From NCBI GenBank assembly GCA_014297435.1, contig JACOQA010000001.1, positions 128,001-192,000 on the forward strand: 64,000 nt of DNA, written 5' to 3'. Within the stretch, counting starts at the first letter, position 1. The number at the start of each line of letters is the position of its first letter. This stretch comes from Candidatus Nanohaloarchaea archaeon. GTDB taxonomy: Archaea > Nanohalarchaeota > Nanosalinia > Nanosalinales > Nanosalinaceae. The notes under the pieces are model-generated. The model was not told the origin of the DNA. It did not search any database and worked only from the letters and a program-made list of their open reading frames with translations. This document shows, piece after piece, positions 1 to 9,136 of this stretch. The position numbers and the translations under genes are program-made.

Positions 1-200
1 AAACAACAGAGTACCTCGAAGACAACTGGGAAGAAGGACTAAGTGAAGAGGAAGCAATTGAAATGGCCTTGAAAGCACTCAAGGAAGGAGAGGAAGAGAT
101 TGAGACAGAGAACGTAGAGATTGCGACCGTAGATCTTGAAGAACAGTACCAGAGAATTGAACCAGAAGAGCTTGAGGATAGAGATCTAGGTGTCGAATAA
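1..200 (+). CDS. psmA: Proteasome subunit alpha, C-terminal fragment (5' truncated by window)
   Basis: Read by hand from nt 3: TTEYLEDNWEEGLSEEEAIEMALKALKEGEEEIETENVEIATVD...GVE*; typical alpha-subunit C-terminus; conserved position upstream of SBDS. Confidence 0.85.
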   Translation, partial: TTEYLEDNWEEGLSEEEAIEMALKALKEGEEEIETENVEIATVDLEEQYQRIEPEELEDRDLGVE

Positions 201-203
201 AAG

Positions 204-243
204 CTTTCTCCCCCCTTTTACTTTTCGTTTTTATTTTCTTTAT
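204..243 (+). terminator. Pyrimidine/T-rich putative terminator after psmA
   Basis: ctttctcccccttttacttttcgtttttattttcttt directly after the stop. Confidence 0.5.
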
Positions 244-294
244 TCAGATCAATTACCGGAAAGAGCTTTAAGTCTACGACCTGTTAAAACGTTT

Positions 295-981
295 ATGGAC
301 ACTTCCGACGGCATAACAATTCAGTACAGGGGCGACAAAAACTTTGAGATTCTAGTAGAGCCGAGCCTTGCGAAAGAAGCAAAAATAGAGGGTAAAGACC
401 ATGATATCCAGAGACTTCTTTTTGTACAGGAGGTCTTCGAGGACGCAGGGGACGGGAAGAGAGCCTCAGTAGAAGATTTAGATGAAGAATTTGGAACCAA
501 ACAGGTAATGAAGTCGGCCGAAGAGATATTTGAAAAAGGCGACATGCAGCTTACAACTGATCAAAAAGCCGAGATGCGAGAGGAGAAAAGAAAACAACTC
601 GTCGATCTGATAGCACGTAGAGGTCAGGATCCAAAAACCGGAAATCCACATCCTCCGAAAAGAGTTGAGAACGCTTTAGAAGAGGCAGGGTTCCATATCG
701 ATGCGATGGATGATATCGAAGAAAAGTTCGAGGAAGCAATAGATCTTTTGAGACCGATAATCCCTATCTCCTTAGATGAAAAAACTGTTGCCATTAGGAT
801 TCCTCTCGACTCTGCGGGCAAAGCCTATGATCGGATTCAGCAGGTCGCAGATGTTAAAGAGGAGGAATGGGGCAACGAATACTTCCGTTGTAAAGTTAAG
901 ATGCCTGCAGGAGTTCTTTCCGAGATGATGAGTGAGATACAGGAGATCACGGGAGGACAGGCAGAGATGAAGGAAGTCTAA
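295..981 (+). CDS. Ribosome assembly factor SBDS/Sdo1
   Basis: FEILV, VFEDAGDG, QLTTDQKAEMREEKRKQ, DPKTGNPHPPKRVENALEEAG; start moved to ATG 295. Confidence 0.95.
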   Translation: MDTSDGITIQYRGDKNFEILVEPSLAKEAKIEGKDHDIQRLLFVQEVFEDAGDGKRASVEDLDEEFGTKQVMKSAEEIFEKGDMQLTTDQKAEMREEKRKQLVDLIARRGQDPKTGNPHPPKRVENALEEAGFHIDAMDDIEEKFEEAIDLLRPIIPISLDEKTVAIRIPLDSAGKAYDRIQQVADVKEEEWGNEYFRCKVKMPAGVLSEMMSEIQEITGGQAEMKEV

Positions 982-1710
982 CTAAGTGACTTTCTTATCT
1001 TCTCCCACTGTGGCTCCGTAAATTCTCTAGTGGAGGACTCTAATTTTGGGTTCATAGGGTTACTGTCGTGATCATGCCCTAGGTCGGCTACATGACCAAT
1101 TTCATGTCGGAAGATTATTCCGTCACTATCGTGTGCCATTACAACAGCTCGATCAAAAAGACCGACTCCACGTAAATAATCTGACTTTTTATTGACGTCT
1201 CTGTATCCCTCTTCTTCCCATGGGGTGTAGAAAATATTGATCGCGGCATCCCGCATCATAGGTTCGTTTTTTCGCCGTATAAACCATTCGGGATATTTAG
1301 GATATTTTGAAAGCTTTTTTTACTTCCTAGAATGTTCTTTGCTGAGCTACCATGCTCTTGGTATGTTTCCGTGCTGATACGATCCTTTCTAAGACCTACA
1401 ACGGTGTTCACACTGTTTTGCTCGAATTCGGTTTCGATTTGATTAAGCGTCTCTTTATTCGGTTCTGTTCCATCTACCGCGTACACATCTACGATTAGGT
1501 TAGGTTCGCCTTCCTCGAAGGCGCTGTAACTTAAATCTTCGTAGATACGGTTCAGATGATTTCCGAACAGGTCTGATCAATAAATTTTTCTGGAACGCCG
1601 TTGTACTCAAGTTCCTCAGAAGCTCAGGTCTCCAAGTGAGGTTTCAGTCCAAATGCGCCGACTACTGCACCAATTGTTCCTAGATCCTTCAATATTTCAC
1701 GTCTTTCCAT
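978..1710 (-). pseudogene. Disrupted secreted metzincin-type zinc metalloprotease with twin-arginine-like signal
   Basis: ATG 1710 gives MERREILKDLGTIGAVVGAFG then TGA; continues in shifted frames (1256..1486, 978..1259); last fragment has HEIGHVADLGH and NPMNP Met-turn. Confidence 0.65.
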
Positions 1711-1874
1711 ATTTATTCCAGTTTGAGGCTCATGACACGAATCTTATAAGCAGGAGTGGGGGAAGCTCCCCGAGTCTATTTAAGAATTGCCGGCGCCTCC
1801 TTTATTATAAACCGCTTTTCTAGTGGAAAGAAAGAAGTTTAACTCAAATAGCTAATTTAGGTGCAATATCGAAA

Positions 1875-2564
1875 ATGTCACGTGTTAAAGAAGAAAAAGA
1901 TCTAGTAACGCCAGGAGATACGGTGTTCGAGGGCAACGAGCTCTACGCCAACTCTGGCGTCTACGAAGAAGACGATAAAATCATATCAAAATACACGGGA
2001 GTGGTCGAGTACGGCCAGAACTCTGTACGTGTCGTTCCGATGTCCGGACGTTATATGCCGGAAGAAGGGGACATCATTATTGCAGAGATCTCCCAGGTAT
2101 CATACAACAATTGGAGAGCAGATCTCAACTCAGCTTACGATGGAATGCTGAGAATCGATGTCGCAGTAGACGAATACATCGACTTAGATGAAGATGATTT
2201 GACTGACTACTTCGACGTAGGCGATGCAATCGTCGTAGAAGTTACATCTGTCTCCGAACAAAAAGATATCAATCTGTCCATGGAGGACAAGAGATGCAGG
2301 AAGCTTAATGGCGGAAGAATCATCGAAGTCTACCCTTCGAAAGTTCCGAGAGTAATCGGAAAGAAGGGAACCATGATCAAACAGATTAAGAAAAAGACAG
2401 GATGCAAGATCATCGTCGGACAGAACGGACTTGTCTGGATCGATGGCGACAACGCAAACCTGGCAGCAAGAGCAGTCAAGAAAATTGAAGAAGAGGCCCA
2501 TACCGATGGTTTAACCGACAGAATCGGCGAATGGCTTGATGAACAGCTGGAGGAAGGTGAATAA
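1875..2564 (+). CDS. rrp4: Exosome RNA-binding protein Rrp4
   Basis: VTPGD, YMPEEGDIII S1 domain, KH domain KVPRVIGKKGTMI, VGQNGLVWI, EAHTDGLTD. Confidence 0.96.
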   Translation: MSRVKEEKDLVTPGDTVFEGNELYANSGVYEEDDKIISKYTGVVEYGQNSVRVVPMSGRYMPEEGDIIIAEISQVSYNNWRADLNSAYDGMLRIDVAVDEYIDLDEDDLTDYFDVGDAIVVEVTSVSEQKDINLSMEDKRCRKLNGGRIIEVYPSKVPRVIGKKGTMIKQIKKKTGCKIIVGQNGLVWIDGDNANLAARAVKKIEEEAHTDGLTDRIGEWLDEQLEEGE

Positions 2565-2565
2565 A

Positions 2566-3297
2566 ATGCCAGAAGACGTAGAATTCTTTGACGAAGACGG
2601 ACTAAGAGTTGACGGAAGAGAAAAAGACGAACACAGAGAAACCAACATGGAAGTAGGAGTTCTGGACGAAGCGGACGGTTCCGCGATGGTTGAGACAGGT
2701 AACACGAGAGTAGTAGCTTCTGTCTTCGGACCACAGGACCTTCACCCAAAACACCTTCAGGAAAGCGATAGAGCTGTAATCAAGATGCGTTACAACATGG
2801 CTCCTTTCTCCGTAGACGACCGGATGAGGCCAGGACCAAACAGGAGAGCCAAGGAGATCGGTTTGGTAGCGAAGAAGGCTTTGATGCCCGCTGTAGAGCT
2901 TGAAGAGTTCCCGAAGGCAGGAATCGACATTTCGATGGAAGTAGTCGAGTCCGACGGAGGAACAAGAGTGACCGGGATCAACGCAGCAGCACTCGCACTT
3001 GCCGATGCAGGAATCCCTATGAAAGGTCTTGTATCCGCAACTGCCGCAGGAATCGTCGAGGATGAAGTTGTTCTCGACGTTAACGGTGTTGAGGACAAGC
3101 AAGGTAACGCCGACATCCCGATCGCACTGATCAACGGAGAGGATAAAATTTCGCTTCTCCAGATGGACGGCGATATCTCGAAAGAAACACTCGACGAAGC
3201 TCTCTCACTTGCAAAGAAGGGATGCAGAGATCTACACGAACAGCAGAGAAGTGCGATAATCGAGAAGTACGAATCAATCAGAGGTGACGTAGAATGA
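2566..3297 (+). CDS. rrp41: Exosome catalytic subunit Rrp41
   Basis: RVDGR, ADGSA, GNTRV, RYNMAPFS, DGGTR, ALADAGIPM, LLQMDG. Confidence 0.97.
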   Translation: MPEDVEFFDEDGLRVDGREKDEHRETNMEVGVLDEADGSAMVETGNTRVVASVFGPQDLHPKHLQESDRAVIKMRYNMAPFSVDDRMRPGPNRRAKEIGLVAKKALMPAVELEEFPKAGIDISMEVVESDGGTRVTGINAAALALADAGIPMKGLVSATAAGIVEDEVVLDVNGVEDKQGNADIPIALINGEDKISLLQMDGDISKETLDEALSLAKKGCRDLHEQQRSAIIEKYESIRGDVE

Positions 3298-4085
3298 AGC
3301 TTAACCAGGAAACAATCAGGAAGATGGTGAAGGAAGGAGAAAGACTTGACGGAAGAGACCTAGATGAGTTCAGAGATATCGAGGTTACTCCGGACTACAT
3401 CAACGAGACAGCGGAAGGATCCGCCAGAGTAGAAATTGGAGACACAAAAGTTGTTGTCGGACTCAAAGTCGACGTCGAGGAACCTTTCCCCGACCGACCG
3501 AAACAAGGCAACATCGTTACGAACGCAGAGCTCGCTCCGATGGCCTCGAGAGAATATGAGGCGGGTCCTCCACAGGAAGAAGGAGTCGAACTCGCAAGGG
3601 TTGTTGACAGAGGGATCAGAGAATCTGAAGCTGTTGACCTCGAAGCACTATGCATCGAGCCAGGTGAGAAAGTTATCACGCTCTTCCTAGATGTCCACGT
3701 CTTGAACGATGATGGTAACTTGATCGATGCATCCGCACTTGGAGCGCTTGTCTCTTTGAAGACAGGTTTCATTCCCGAGTACGATGAAGAACAAGGAAAG
3801 ATCGTCCGAGACGAGAAGATGATGGATGTCCCTCTAGAAGATGATCCTGTAACGGTTACAGGACACCAGATCAACGGCGAACTTGTCTGGGACACCACAG
3901 GAGAGGAAGAAGACGCCCGAGACGCACGCCTAACTGTATCGATTAATGACCGCGGTAACGTCGTTGCGATGCAGAAGGGAGATACCCAACCTCTCTCGCA
4001 GGACGAAGTCATGGAGATCGTTGAAGAAGCTGAAGGCAAGACCCAAAACCTGAGAGATGTCGTTGAACAGGCGACAGGGGAATAA
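3294..4085 (+). CDS. rrp42: Exosome subunit Rrp42
   Basis: RLDGR, AEGSARVEIGDT, PFPDRP, ELARVVDRGIRES, DDGNLIDA, AMQKG. Confidence 0.97.
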   Translation: MKLNQETIRKMVKEGERLDGRDLDEFRDIEVTPDYINETAEGSARVEIGDTKVVVGLKVDVEEPFPDRPKQGNIVTNAELAPMASREYEAGPPQEEGVELARVVDRGIRESEAVDLEALCIEPGEKVITLFLDVHVLNDDGNLIDASALGALVSLKTGFIPEYDEEQGKIVRDEKMMDVPLEDDPVTVTGHQINGELVWDTTGEEEDARDARLTVSINDRGNVVAMQKGDTQPLSQDEVMEIVEEAEGKTQNLRDVVEQATGE

Positions 4086-4089
4086 AAAA

Positions 4090-4112
4090 GTTTTCTCCCC
4101 TTTTATCTTTCA
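4090..4112 (+). terminator. Putative T-rich terminator after rrp42
   Basis: gttttctccccttttatctttc, resembles the tract after psmA. Confidence 0.35.
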
Positions 4113-4129
4113 TATCAGGTGACTACAAA

Positions 4130-4390
4130 ATGCCAAGGAAGAACAGCTCCTCGAAGAGATTCGGCGCAAGATACGGAAGCAAAGTAAGAAAAAACGTTGA
4201 CGAAGCAGAATCCGGAGACGACGAGTACGAAAGAGTCGCAGCCGGAATCTGGAAGAATAAGGAAACCGGAGAAGTCAAGGCTGGAGGCGCATTCAGACCA
4301 GACACCGGTGCAGAAGAAATGATGAACAAAGCTCTCAAGGTCGAAACCGAAGAGCTAGAAGAAGCTAAAGAAAAGATCGAGGACGAATAA
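4130..4390 (+). CDS. rpl37ae: 50S ribosomal protein L37Ae (eL43), cysteine-free variant
   Basis: KRFGARYGSKVRK, RVAAGIW, AGGAF; canonical position between rrp42 and rpoP. Confidence 0.9.
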   Translation: MPRKNSSSKRFGARYGSKVRKNVDEAESGDDEYERVAAGIWKNKETGEVKAGGAFRPDTGAEEMMNKALKVETEELEEAKEKIEDE

Positions 4391-4393
4391 ACC

Positions 4394-4606
4394 ATGACAG
4401 ACGAAGAACCTGTCGAAGAAACAGAAGTCGAAGAAGAGGTCGACGAAGTAGTTGAGAGACCTCAGGGCAAAGGCTACAAATGTGTTAACTGTGAGACAGA
4501 GGTCGAGATTGATCCTGTCGACGACAAGATTATCTGCCCGAAATGCTCTCACCGCGTGCTTTTGAAGAAGAGATCGGAAGACCCTGACACAGTCAAAGCT
4601 ATCTAA
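4394..4606 (+). CDS. rpoP: RNA polymerase subunit P (Rpo12)
   Basis: YKCVNC...ICPKCSHRVLLKKR zinc ribbon. Confidence 0.93.
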   Translation: MTDEEPVEETEVEEEVDEVVERPQGKGYKCVNCETEVEIDPVDDKIICPKCSHRVLLKKRSEDPDTVKAI

Positions 4607-4619
4607 AGGTTATTTTACG

Positions 4620-4838
4620 ATGAGGTCAGAGATCGAGATAAACTCCAGTCAACCAAGTAACTTGGTGAGAGTGCTGGAGAAAAGCCTTACCTCAGACAAC
4701 AAAGTAAATTACGTTATTAACGGAGAGGAAGGAAGGCTTAAGATTGAGGTCGAGACTGATGGTCTAGGACCGTTGAGAGGTTGTACAGACACGGTGTTCC
4801 GTTTAAGCTCGCTATCAAAAAAGATACTAGAGGTTTAA
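4620..4838 (+). CDS. pcc1: KEOPS complex subunit Pcc1
   Basis: Small size, LKIEVETDGLGPLRG pattern, conserved position between rpoP and pfdB. Confidence 0.75.
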   Translation: MRSEIEINSSQPSNLVRVLEKSLTSDNKVNYVINGEEGRLKIEVETDGLGPLRGCTDTVFRLSSLSKKILEV

Positions 4839-4844
4839 CTTATT

Positions 4845-5168
4845 ATGACAGAGGACGCACAGAAGGCGATGATGGAGATGCAGCAAAACCAGCAGCAGAT
4901 GCAGCAGGTAATGCAGCAGAAAGAAGAAACAGAGTCAGAACTACAGGAATCAAAAAAAGCTCTCGACGAGCTTGGAGATGATTCTGGAACAGTTTACAGA
5001 CAGGTAGGAAACATTCTGGTCGAAAAAGACCGTGAAAAGCTGGAGAACGAACTTGAGGAAAGAGTTGAAGATCTAGAGGTAAGGAAGAAATCTCTGGAGA
5101 AAAAGGAAAACAAGCTCCAGCAAAAACTCGAGGATGCACAGAAGCAGATAATGCAGGGTCGAGAATAA
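4845..5168 (+). CDS. pfdB: Prefoldin beta subunit
   Basis: Gln-rich coiled coil, ALDEL, VYRQVGNILVEKD. Confidence 0.93.
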   Translation: MTEDAQKAMMEMQQNQQQMQQVMQQKEETESELQESKKALDELGDDSGTVYRQVGNILVEKDREKLENELEERVEDLEVRKKSLEKKENKLQQKLEDAQKQIMQGRE

Positions 5169-5417
5169 ATGCAACAGGTTACCTCCGTAACTGATAGAAT
5201 GAGGGAGATGGCTGAGGAGTCATCTATTCCTTCAAATGTTGCGGAAATGCTTGAGGAAGCTGCGGACAAGCTTGAAGATGAAGATGAAGAACTTTCTGTA
5301 AGAGTCAACACGGCGGCATCACTTCTTGATCAGATCAGCAACGATCCTAACATCAAGCAGCATACCCGGACACAGATCTGGAACCTGGCTTCAAAGGTCG
5401 AAAACCTCGACAGCTAG
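5169..5417 (+). CDS. UPF0147 family protein
   Basis: SIPSNV, SVRVNTAASLLDQISNDPNIKQHTRTQIW. Confidence 0.88.
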   Translation: MQQVTSVTDRMREMAEESSIPSNVAEMLEEAADKLEDEDEELSVRVNTAASLLDQISNDPNIKQHTRTQIWNLASKVENLDS

Positions 5418-5490
5418 GCTCCAGAACCCGGGAAAACACAAGCTATAAAAGCGTTAGAGCATCAGTTCGAACTAAGAGGTAACACAAAAG

Positions 5491-5859
5491 ATGGGATTAG
5501 GATTTCTCAACTCCGATCAGGAGGAAGAAAACGAAAATATAGTTGAAGACGACTTCGTCGAACTCGATGCTAAGATGACGGAGAAAACTGAGAAAGTTGT
5601 TGTAAGAGCAGAGACGCTTAAAGAATTCGAAGATATCGAAGAAGTACAAGAACATCTGAGAAACGATCACATCGTCTGGCTCAATATCAAGCCTTTGAAG
5701 AATAGAGACATGACAGACCTCAAGAGAGCTGTCAAGAGATTGAAGAAGACAATCAAGGCTGTAGATGGAGATATGGCTGGAGTAGACGAAGACTGGATCG
5801 TTGCCACACCAGGTTATGCAGAGATCGCAAGAAGCAGCGATCAGGTAGAATCAGAATAG
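5491..5859 (+). CDS. sepF: Cell division protein SepF
   Basis: N-terminal MGLGFL, FVELD, LKRAVKRLKK, VDGDMAGVDEDWIVATP. Confidence 0.9.
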   Translation: MGLGFLNSDQEEENENIVEDDFVELDAKMTEKTEKVVVRAETLKEFEDIEEVQEHLRNDHIVWLNIKPLKNRDMTDLKRAVKRLKKTIKAVDGDMAGVDEDWIVATPGYAEIARSSDQVESE

Positions 5860-5861
5860 GT

Positions 5862-6281
5862 GTGAATCCCGTGGAAGAGGATGATTCTCTTCTTGACCAA
5901 TCATCTTATAGAAGAGAATTTATCTCTGGCGGCTTCTATGAGGATGAGCGAAGCGAACTGCAGAATGACAAGCTCAGATCAGCTGTTTTATGCGGTTCGA
6001 TGATTGCAAGTGTTTTTGCCGGAACTATAGCTTTAGGGAAGACGGAGTACGAAGTAGAAGTTGATTTCGAAGATTATAATGGCTCCGAAGACTTAGATGT
6101 TGAAATCTACTCTAATGGCGAACTAACGAAGGATATGAATGTTTCATCTGAAGGTTTCCGGACGGAGCTTGAATCAGGAAACTACAAAATACAGATTTCT
6201 GATTCAGATAATACTATAAGCCAAGAATTTGATATTAGCTCGTTGAACCAGGAACTCTCTTTCTCACTTGAAGATCTTTAG
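5862..6281 (+). CDS. Hypothetical single-pass membrane protein with beta-sandwich-like C-terminus
   Basis: Hydrophobic AVLCGSMIASVFAGTIALG, then ELESGNYKIQI-type strands. Confidence 0.6.
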   Translation: MNPVEEDDSLLDQSSYRREFISGGFYEDERSELQNDKLRSAVLCGSMIASVFAGTIALGKTEYEVEVDFEDYNGSEDLDVEIYSNGELTKDMNVSSEGFRTELESGNYKIQISDSDNTISQEFDISSLNQELSFSLEDL

Positions 6282-6505
6282 TGCTTCTCAAGTCCAAGTT
6301 CATCTCTGACGTCTTCCATGGTATCTTCTAGCTGCTCGATTCTTTCGACTACGTTTCCTATGCCGAAGCGGACGAATTCCTGAACACAGTCCTTGCAGTA
6401 GATCTCATCGTCAAACTTGATCGCGTCATCCGGAAGCCTTCCACGGTCTTTGCCGCCGAAATCGATTATGTCGCCACAGTTGGAGCATTTTTTCTCGTAA
6501 ACCAT
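6278..6505 (-). CDS. Small zinc-finger plus coiled-coil protein
   Basis: CSNC...YCKDC and heptad-like C-terminus; downstream of aCPSF1. Confidence 0.7.
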   Translation of the reverse strand: MVYEKKCSNCGDIIDFGGKDRGRLPDDAIKFDDEIYCKDCVQEFVRFGIGNVVERIEQLEDTMEDVRDELGLEKH

Positions 6506-6545
6506 AATCTATTACAGAGAATACTAGAATAAAAAGGAAATTAAT

Positions 6546-8426
6546 TTAGTTGAACCTGGAGATCTCCAGGTTCTGCGGTGCGGAAGTGTCGATGTGAAGC
6601 GACTTGTGAAGCGTTGAAGCCAACTGGAAACATTTCTTTGTCTCACCGTGGTTCGTCAACACCTTGTTAGGTGAAGATCTCAGGTTCCTGCAGAAGTTGA
6701 TGATCTGCTGCCTATCGCTGTGAGCCGAGAAACCTTTGACCGAATGAGTGTCCAGGTTTACTTCGACCTGTTCGCCGTTTACTTCGATCCTGTCAGCTCC
6801 GTTCTCGATTTCTCTTCCAAGGGTTCCATCGGCTTGGTAACCTACGAAGATCATCGAGTTCTTCTCGTTAGGAGCCAGATATTTCAGGTACTCCATTACG
6901 GGTCCGCCTGTAACCATACCGGAAGTTGTTAGAATGACGGAAGGTCCTCCATCTATTGCCTCCTTCCTTTCTTCGTGAGATGCGATGGCTTTCAGGTTAT
7001 CTTTCAGGAAAGGCGAATCGTCCTCTTTCATTATCTTGTCCTGAACTTTCTCCGAGAGGAACTCCGGGTAGGTTGTGTGGAGGGCGTTTACGTCGTTGAT
7101 CATGCCGTCCATGTAGACGGTGTAATCATCGAAGTAGTCTCTATCAAGTTCGTCGGCCAGCATTCCCAGTATCTCCTGAGAACGACCTAGAGCGAACACA
7201 GGTACTAATACTTTGCCTCCTTTGTTCAAGGTCTGTTTCATCTTTGAGAGGAACTGTTTCTGGGCTTTCTCTCTTGGCTGCTGTTTGTCTCCCTTACCCC
7301 CATATGTTGACTCGGTTATCATGGTTTCGACACGTTGGAAGTTTGTGTCGGCTGGACGAAGCATCTCTGACTGGTCGTAGTTGTAGTCTCCAGTGTAGAG
7401 AATGTTGTGGAGCCCCTCTCCGACGTGGATGTGAACAAGTGATGAGCCAAGTACGTGTCCTGCGTTCTTCAAAGTCAAACGCATGTCCGGAGTGATGTCA
7501 GTAACCTCACCATAGTCCGGGGTGATCGTTCTCTTGACCGCTTTCTTGATATCTGAGGAATCGTAAGGCGCCTTCTGATTCTCCTTATGAGATATTCCGA
7601 TGTAATCGAGGCACTGCATGATCATGATGTCTCTTGTAGGCTTCGTGCAGTAAAGAGGTCCATCGTAACCCATCTTGTAGAGGTAAGGGATCATGCCCGC
7701 GTGGTCCATGTGTGCGTGTGAAAGCACAACGGCATCCAGTTCCTGAAGATTTAGTTCTGGCGCATTCAGGTAAGGATAGTTGTCCTGGCTTCCCGACTCT
7801 GCGGAAGGATCTATACCGCAGTCCATCAAGATGTTTGACTCTTCTGTCTGTAGAAGGAAACAGGAGCGTCCTACCTGTCTACAACCGCCTAAACCTCCTA
7901 GACGGATCCATTCGTTGCCTACAGATTTTTCAAGCCTGATTTTCTTGCCTACGTCGTGAAGGAAATCCTTCCTAAACTCTGGATCTTCTACAGTTAGTTC
8001 TCTCGCACGGTCAACGACTTTTGAGTTAATCGAAGGTTTTCTTTCTACCTGTGGTGACCAGAGGGTCTTTTCCCTGATCTCGTCTAGACCGCTTCCACGG
8101 TTGCCGATAACGCTTCCAGGTTTTTCCGCTCTTATAATTACTTTTCCGAGCGAAGGCTGGAAGATCAGGTCATCAAGACCTGCTTCATCATTAACTATCT
8201 CCTCAATCTTCTTTTCTGCTTTCTCGGCAGGTTTGAAGAGCTTCGAGGAAGGTCTTACTTCGACTCTTTTCTTCAGTTCTGATACTATCTGTTTTACAGT
8301 GTCTGAGTTATCGAGGAAGAATTCTCTACTCGAGGTATAGATTACGATATCTGATGCCTCGAATCTTATGTCTTCCACGTCCGCGTTCGCGGGCAAAAAC
8401 TGTTTTACATCTTCTAGTTCTTCCAT
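6546..8426 (-). CDS. fttA: Beta-CASP ribonuclease aCPSF1 / termination factor FttA
   Basis: N-terminal KH domains (KPGSVIG), VGRSC, SHAHMDH, AGHVLGS, YTGD, ESTYG, GFSAHSD, NHGE. Confidence 0.97.
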   Translation of the reverse strand: MEELEDVKQFLPANADVEDIRFEASDIVIYTSSREFFLDNSDTVKQIVSELKKRVEVRPSSKLFKPAEKAEKKIEEIVNDEAGLDDLIFQPSLGKVIIRAEKPGSVIGNRGSGLDEIREKTLWSPQVERKPSINSKVVDRARELTVEDPEFRKDFLHDVGKKIRLEKSVGNEWIRLGGLGGCRQVGRSCFLLQTEESNILMDCGIDPSAESGSQDNYPYLNAPELNLQELDAVVLSHAHMDHAGMIPYLYKMGYDGPLYCTKPTRDIMIMQCLDYIGISHKENQKAPYDSSDIKKAVKRTITPDYGEVTDITPDMRLTLKNAGHVLGSSLVHIHVGEGLHNILYTGDYNYDQSEMLRPADTNFQRVETMITESTYGGKGDKQQPREKAQKQFLSKMKQTLNKGGKVLVPVFALGRSQEILGMLADELDRDYFDDYTVYMDGMINDVNALHTTYPEFLSEKVQDKIMKEDDSPFLKDNLKAIASHEERKEAIDGGPSVILTTSGMVTGGPVMEYLKYLAPNEKNSMIFVGYQADGTLGREIENGADRIEVNGEQVEVNLDTHSVKGFSAHSDRQQIINFCRNLRSSPNKVLTNHGETKKCFQLASTLHKSLHIDTSAPQNLEISRFN

Positions 8427-8485
8427 TCTTGAATCAACTTTGAGTATAGAGATTGAAATTAAAATTTAGGGAATGAGAAGAAGCT

Positions 8486-9136
8486 TTATTCAAGCTTCGA
8501 CTCGACTTCTTTTTCTTCGAGAACGTTGTAACCATTCTCGGTGATCTCGACGACCATGATTCCGTTTCCGGAAGCTGTGTCTCTTTCCATAGCTGCCTCG
8601 ACTGCTCTTGTTGCAATCTTCTTTCCTTCCTCGTGATCCATTCCTTCTTCGTAGTTGTCCTCTAGGACTCCGTAAGCCATCTGGGATCCTGAACCTGTCG
8701 AGGTGAACCGTGAGTGCTCCATTAGTCCGCCTGTAGGATCAAGATCGAATAAAACGCCTGAACCATCATCGTTCAGCCCTCCAAGGATGAACTGGTTGAA
8801 GAACGGCATCATCTTGTTCGCGTGCAGAATGTTTGCAAGTAATGTGCCTGCACCTCTGACTGTCAGCTCTCTTGTCTCGAGCTTGTGGAGCTTAAGCTGG
8901 GAGCGCATCGTTCTAACAACTTTCTGTGCATCTCCTACGCTTCCTGCGATCGTCATCCCGATGTTGTCATCGAGCTTGTAGACCTTCTTTGCGTACTTCG
9001 ATGCTGTAAGTCTTCCCATCGAAGCCCTTCTATCGGCCGCAAGGATCACTCCATCTTCCGTCGTTAGTCCTACCGTTGTCGTGCCGGTTTTGAATCCTTC
9101 AATATCTTCTTTCTGTTCTAGTTGAGTATTCTGCAT
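8486..9136 (-). CDS. psmB: Proteasome subunit beta
   Basis: Propeptide ending KTG|TTTVG, AADRRAS, AGSVGDAQ, GSGS, RDTASG. Confidence 0.97.
   Translation of the reverse strand: MQNTQLEQKEDIEGFKTGTTTVGLTTEDGVILAADRRASMGRLTASKYAKKVYKLDDNIGMTIAGSVGDAQKVVRTMRSQLKLHKLETRELTVRGAGTLLANILHANKMMPFFNQFILGGLNDDGSGVLFDLDPTGGLMEHSRFTSTGSGSQMAYGVLEDNYEEGMDHEEGKKIATRAVEAAMERDTASGNGIMVVEITENGYNVLEEKEVESKLE

Noticed and set aside
190-294. Extended N-terminus of SBDS
   Set aside because: Runs through the psmA terminator tract; homology starts near ATG 295
4845-4925. CAG-rich tract in pfdB (and similar in pfdA)
   Set aside because: Gln-rich helices are normal for prefoldins
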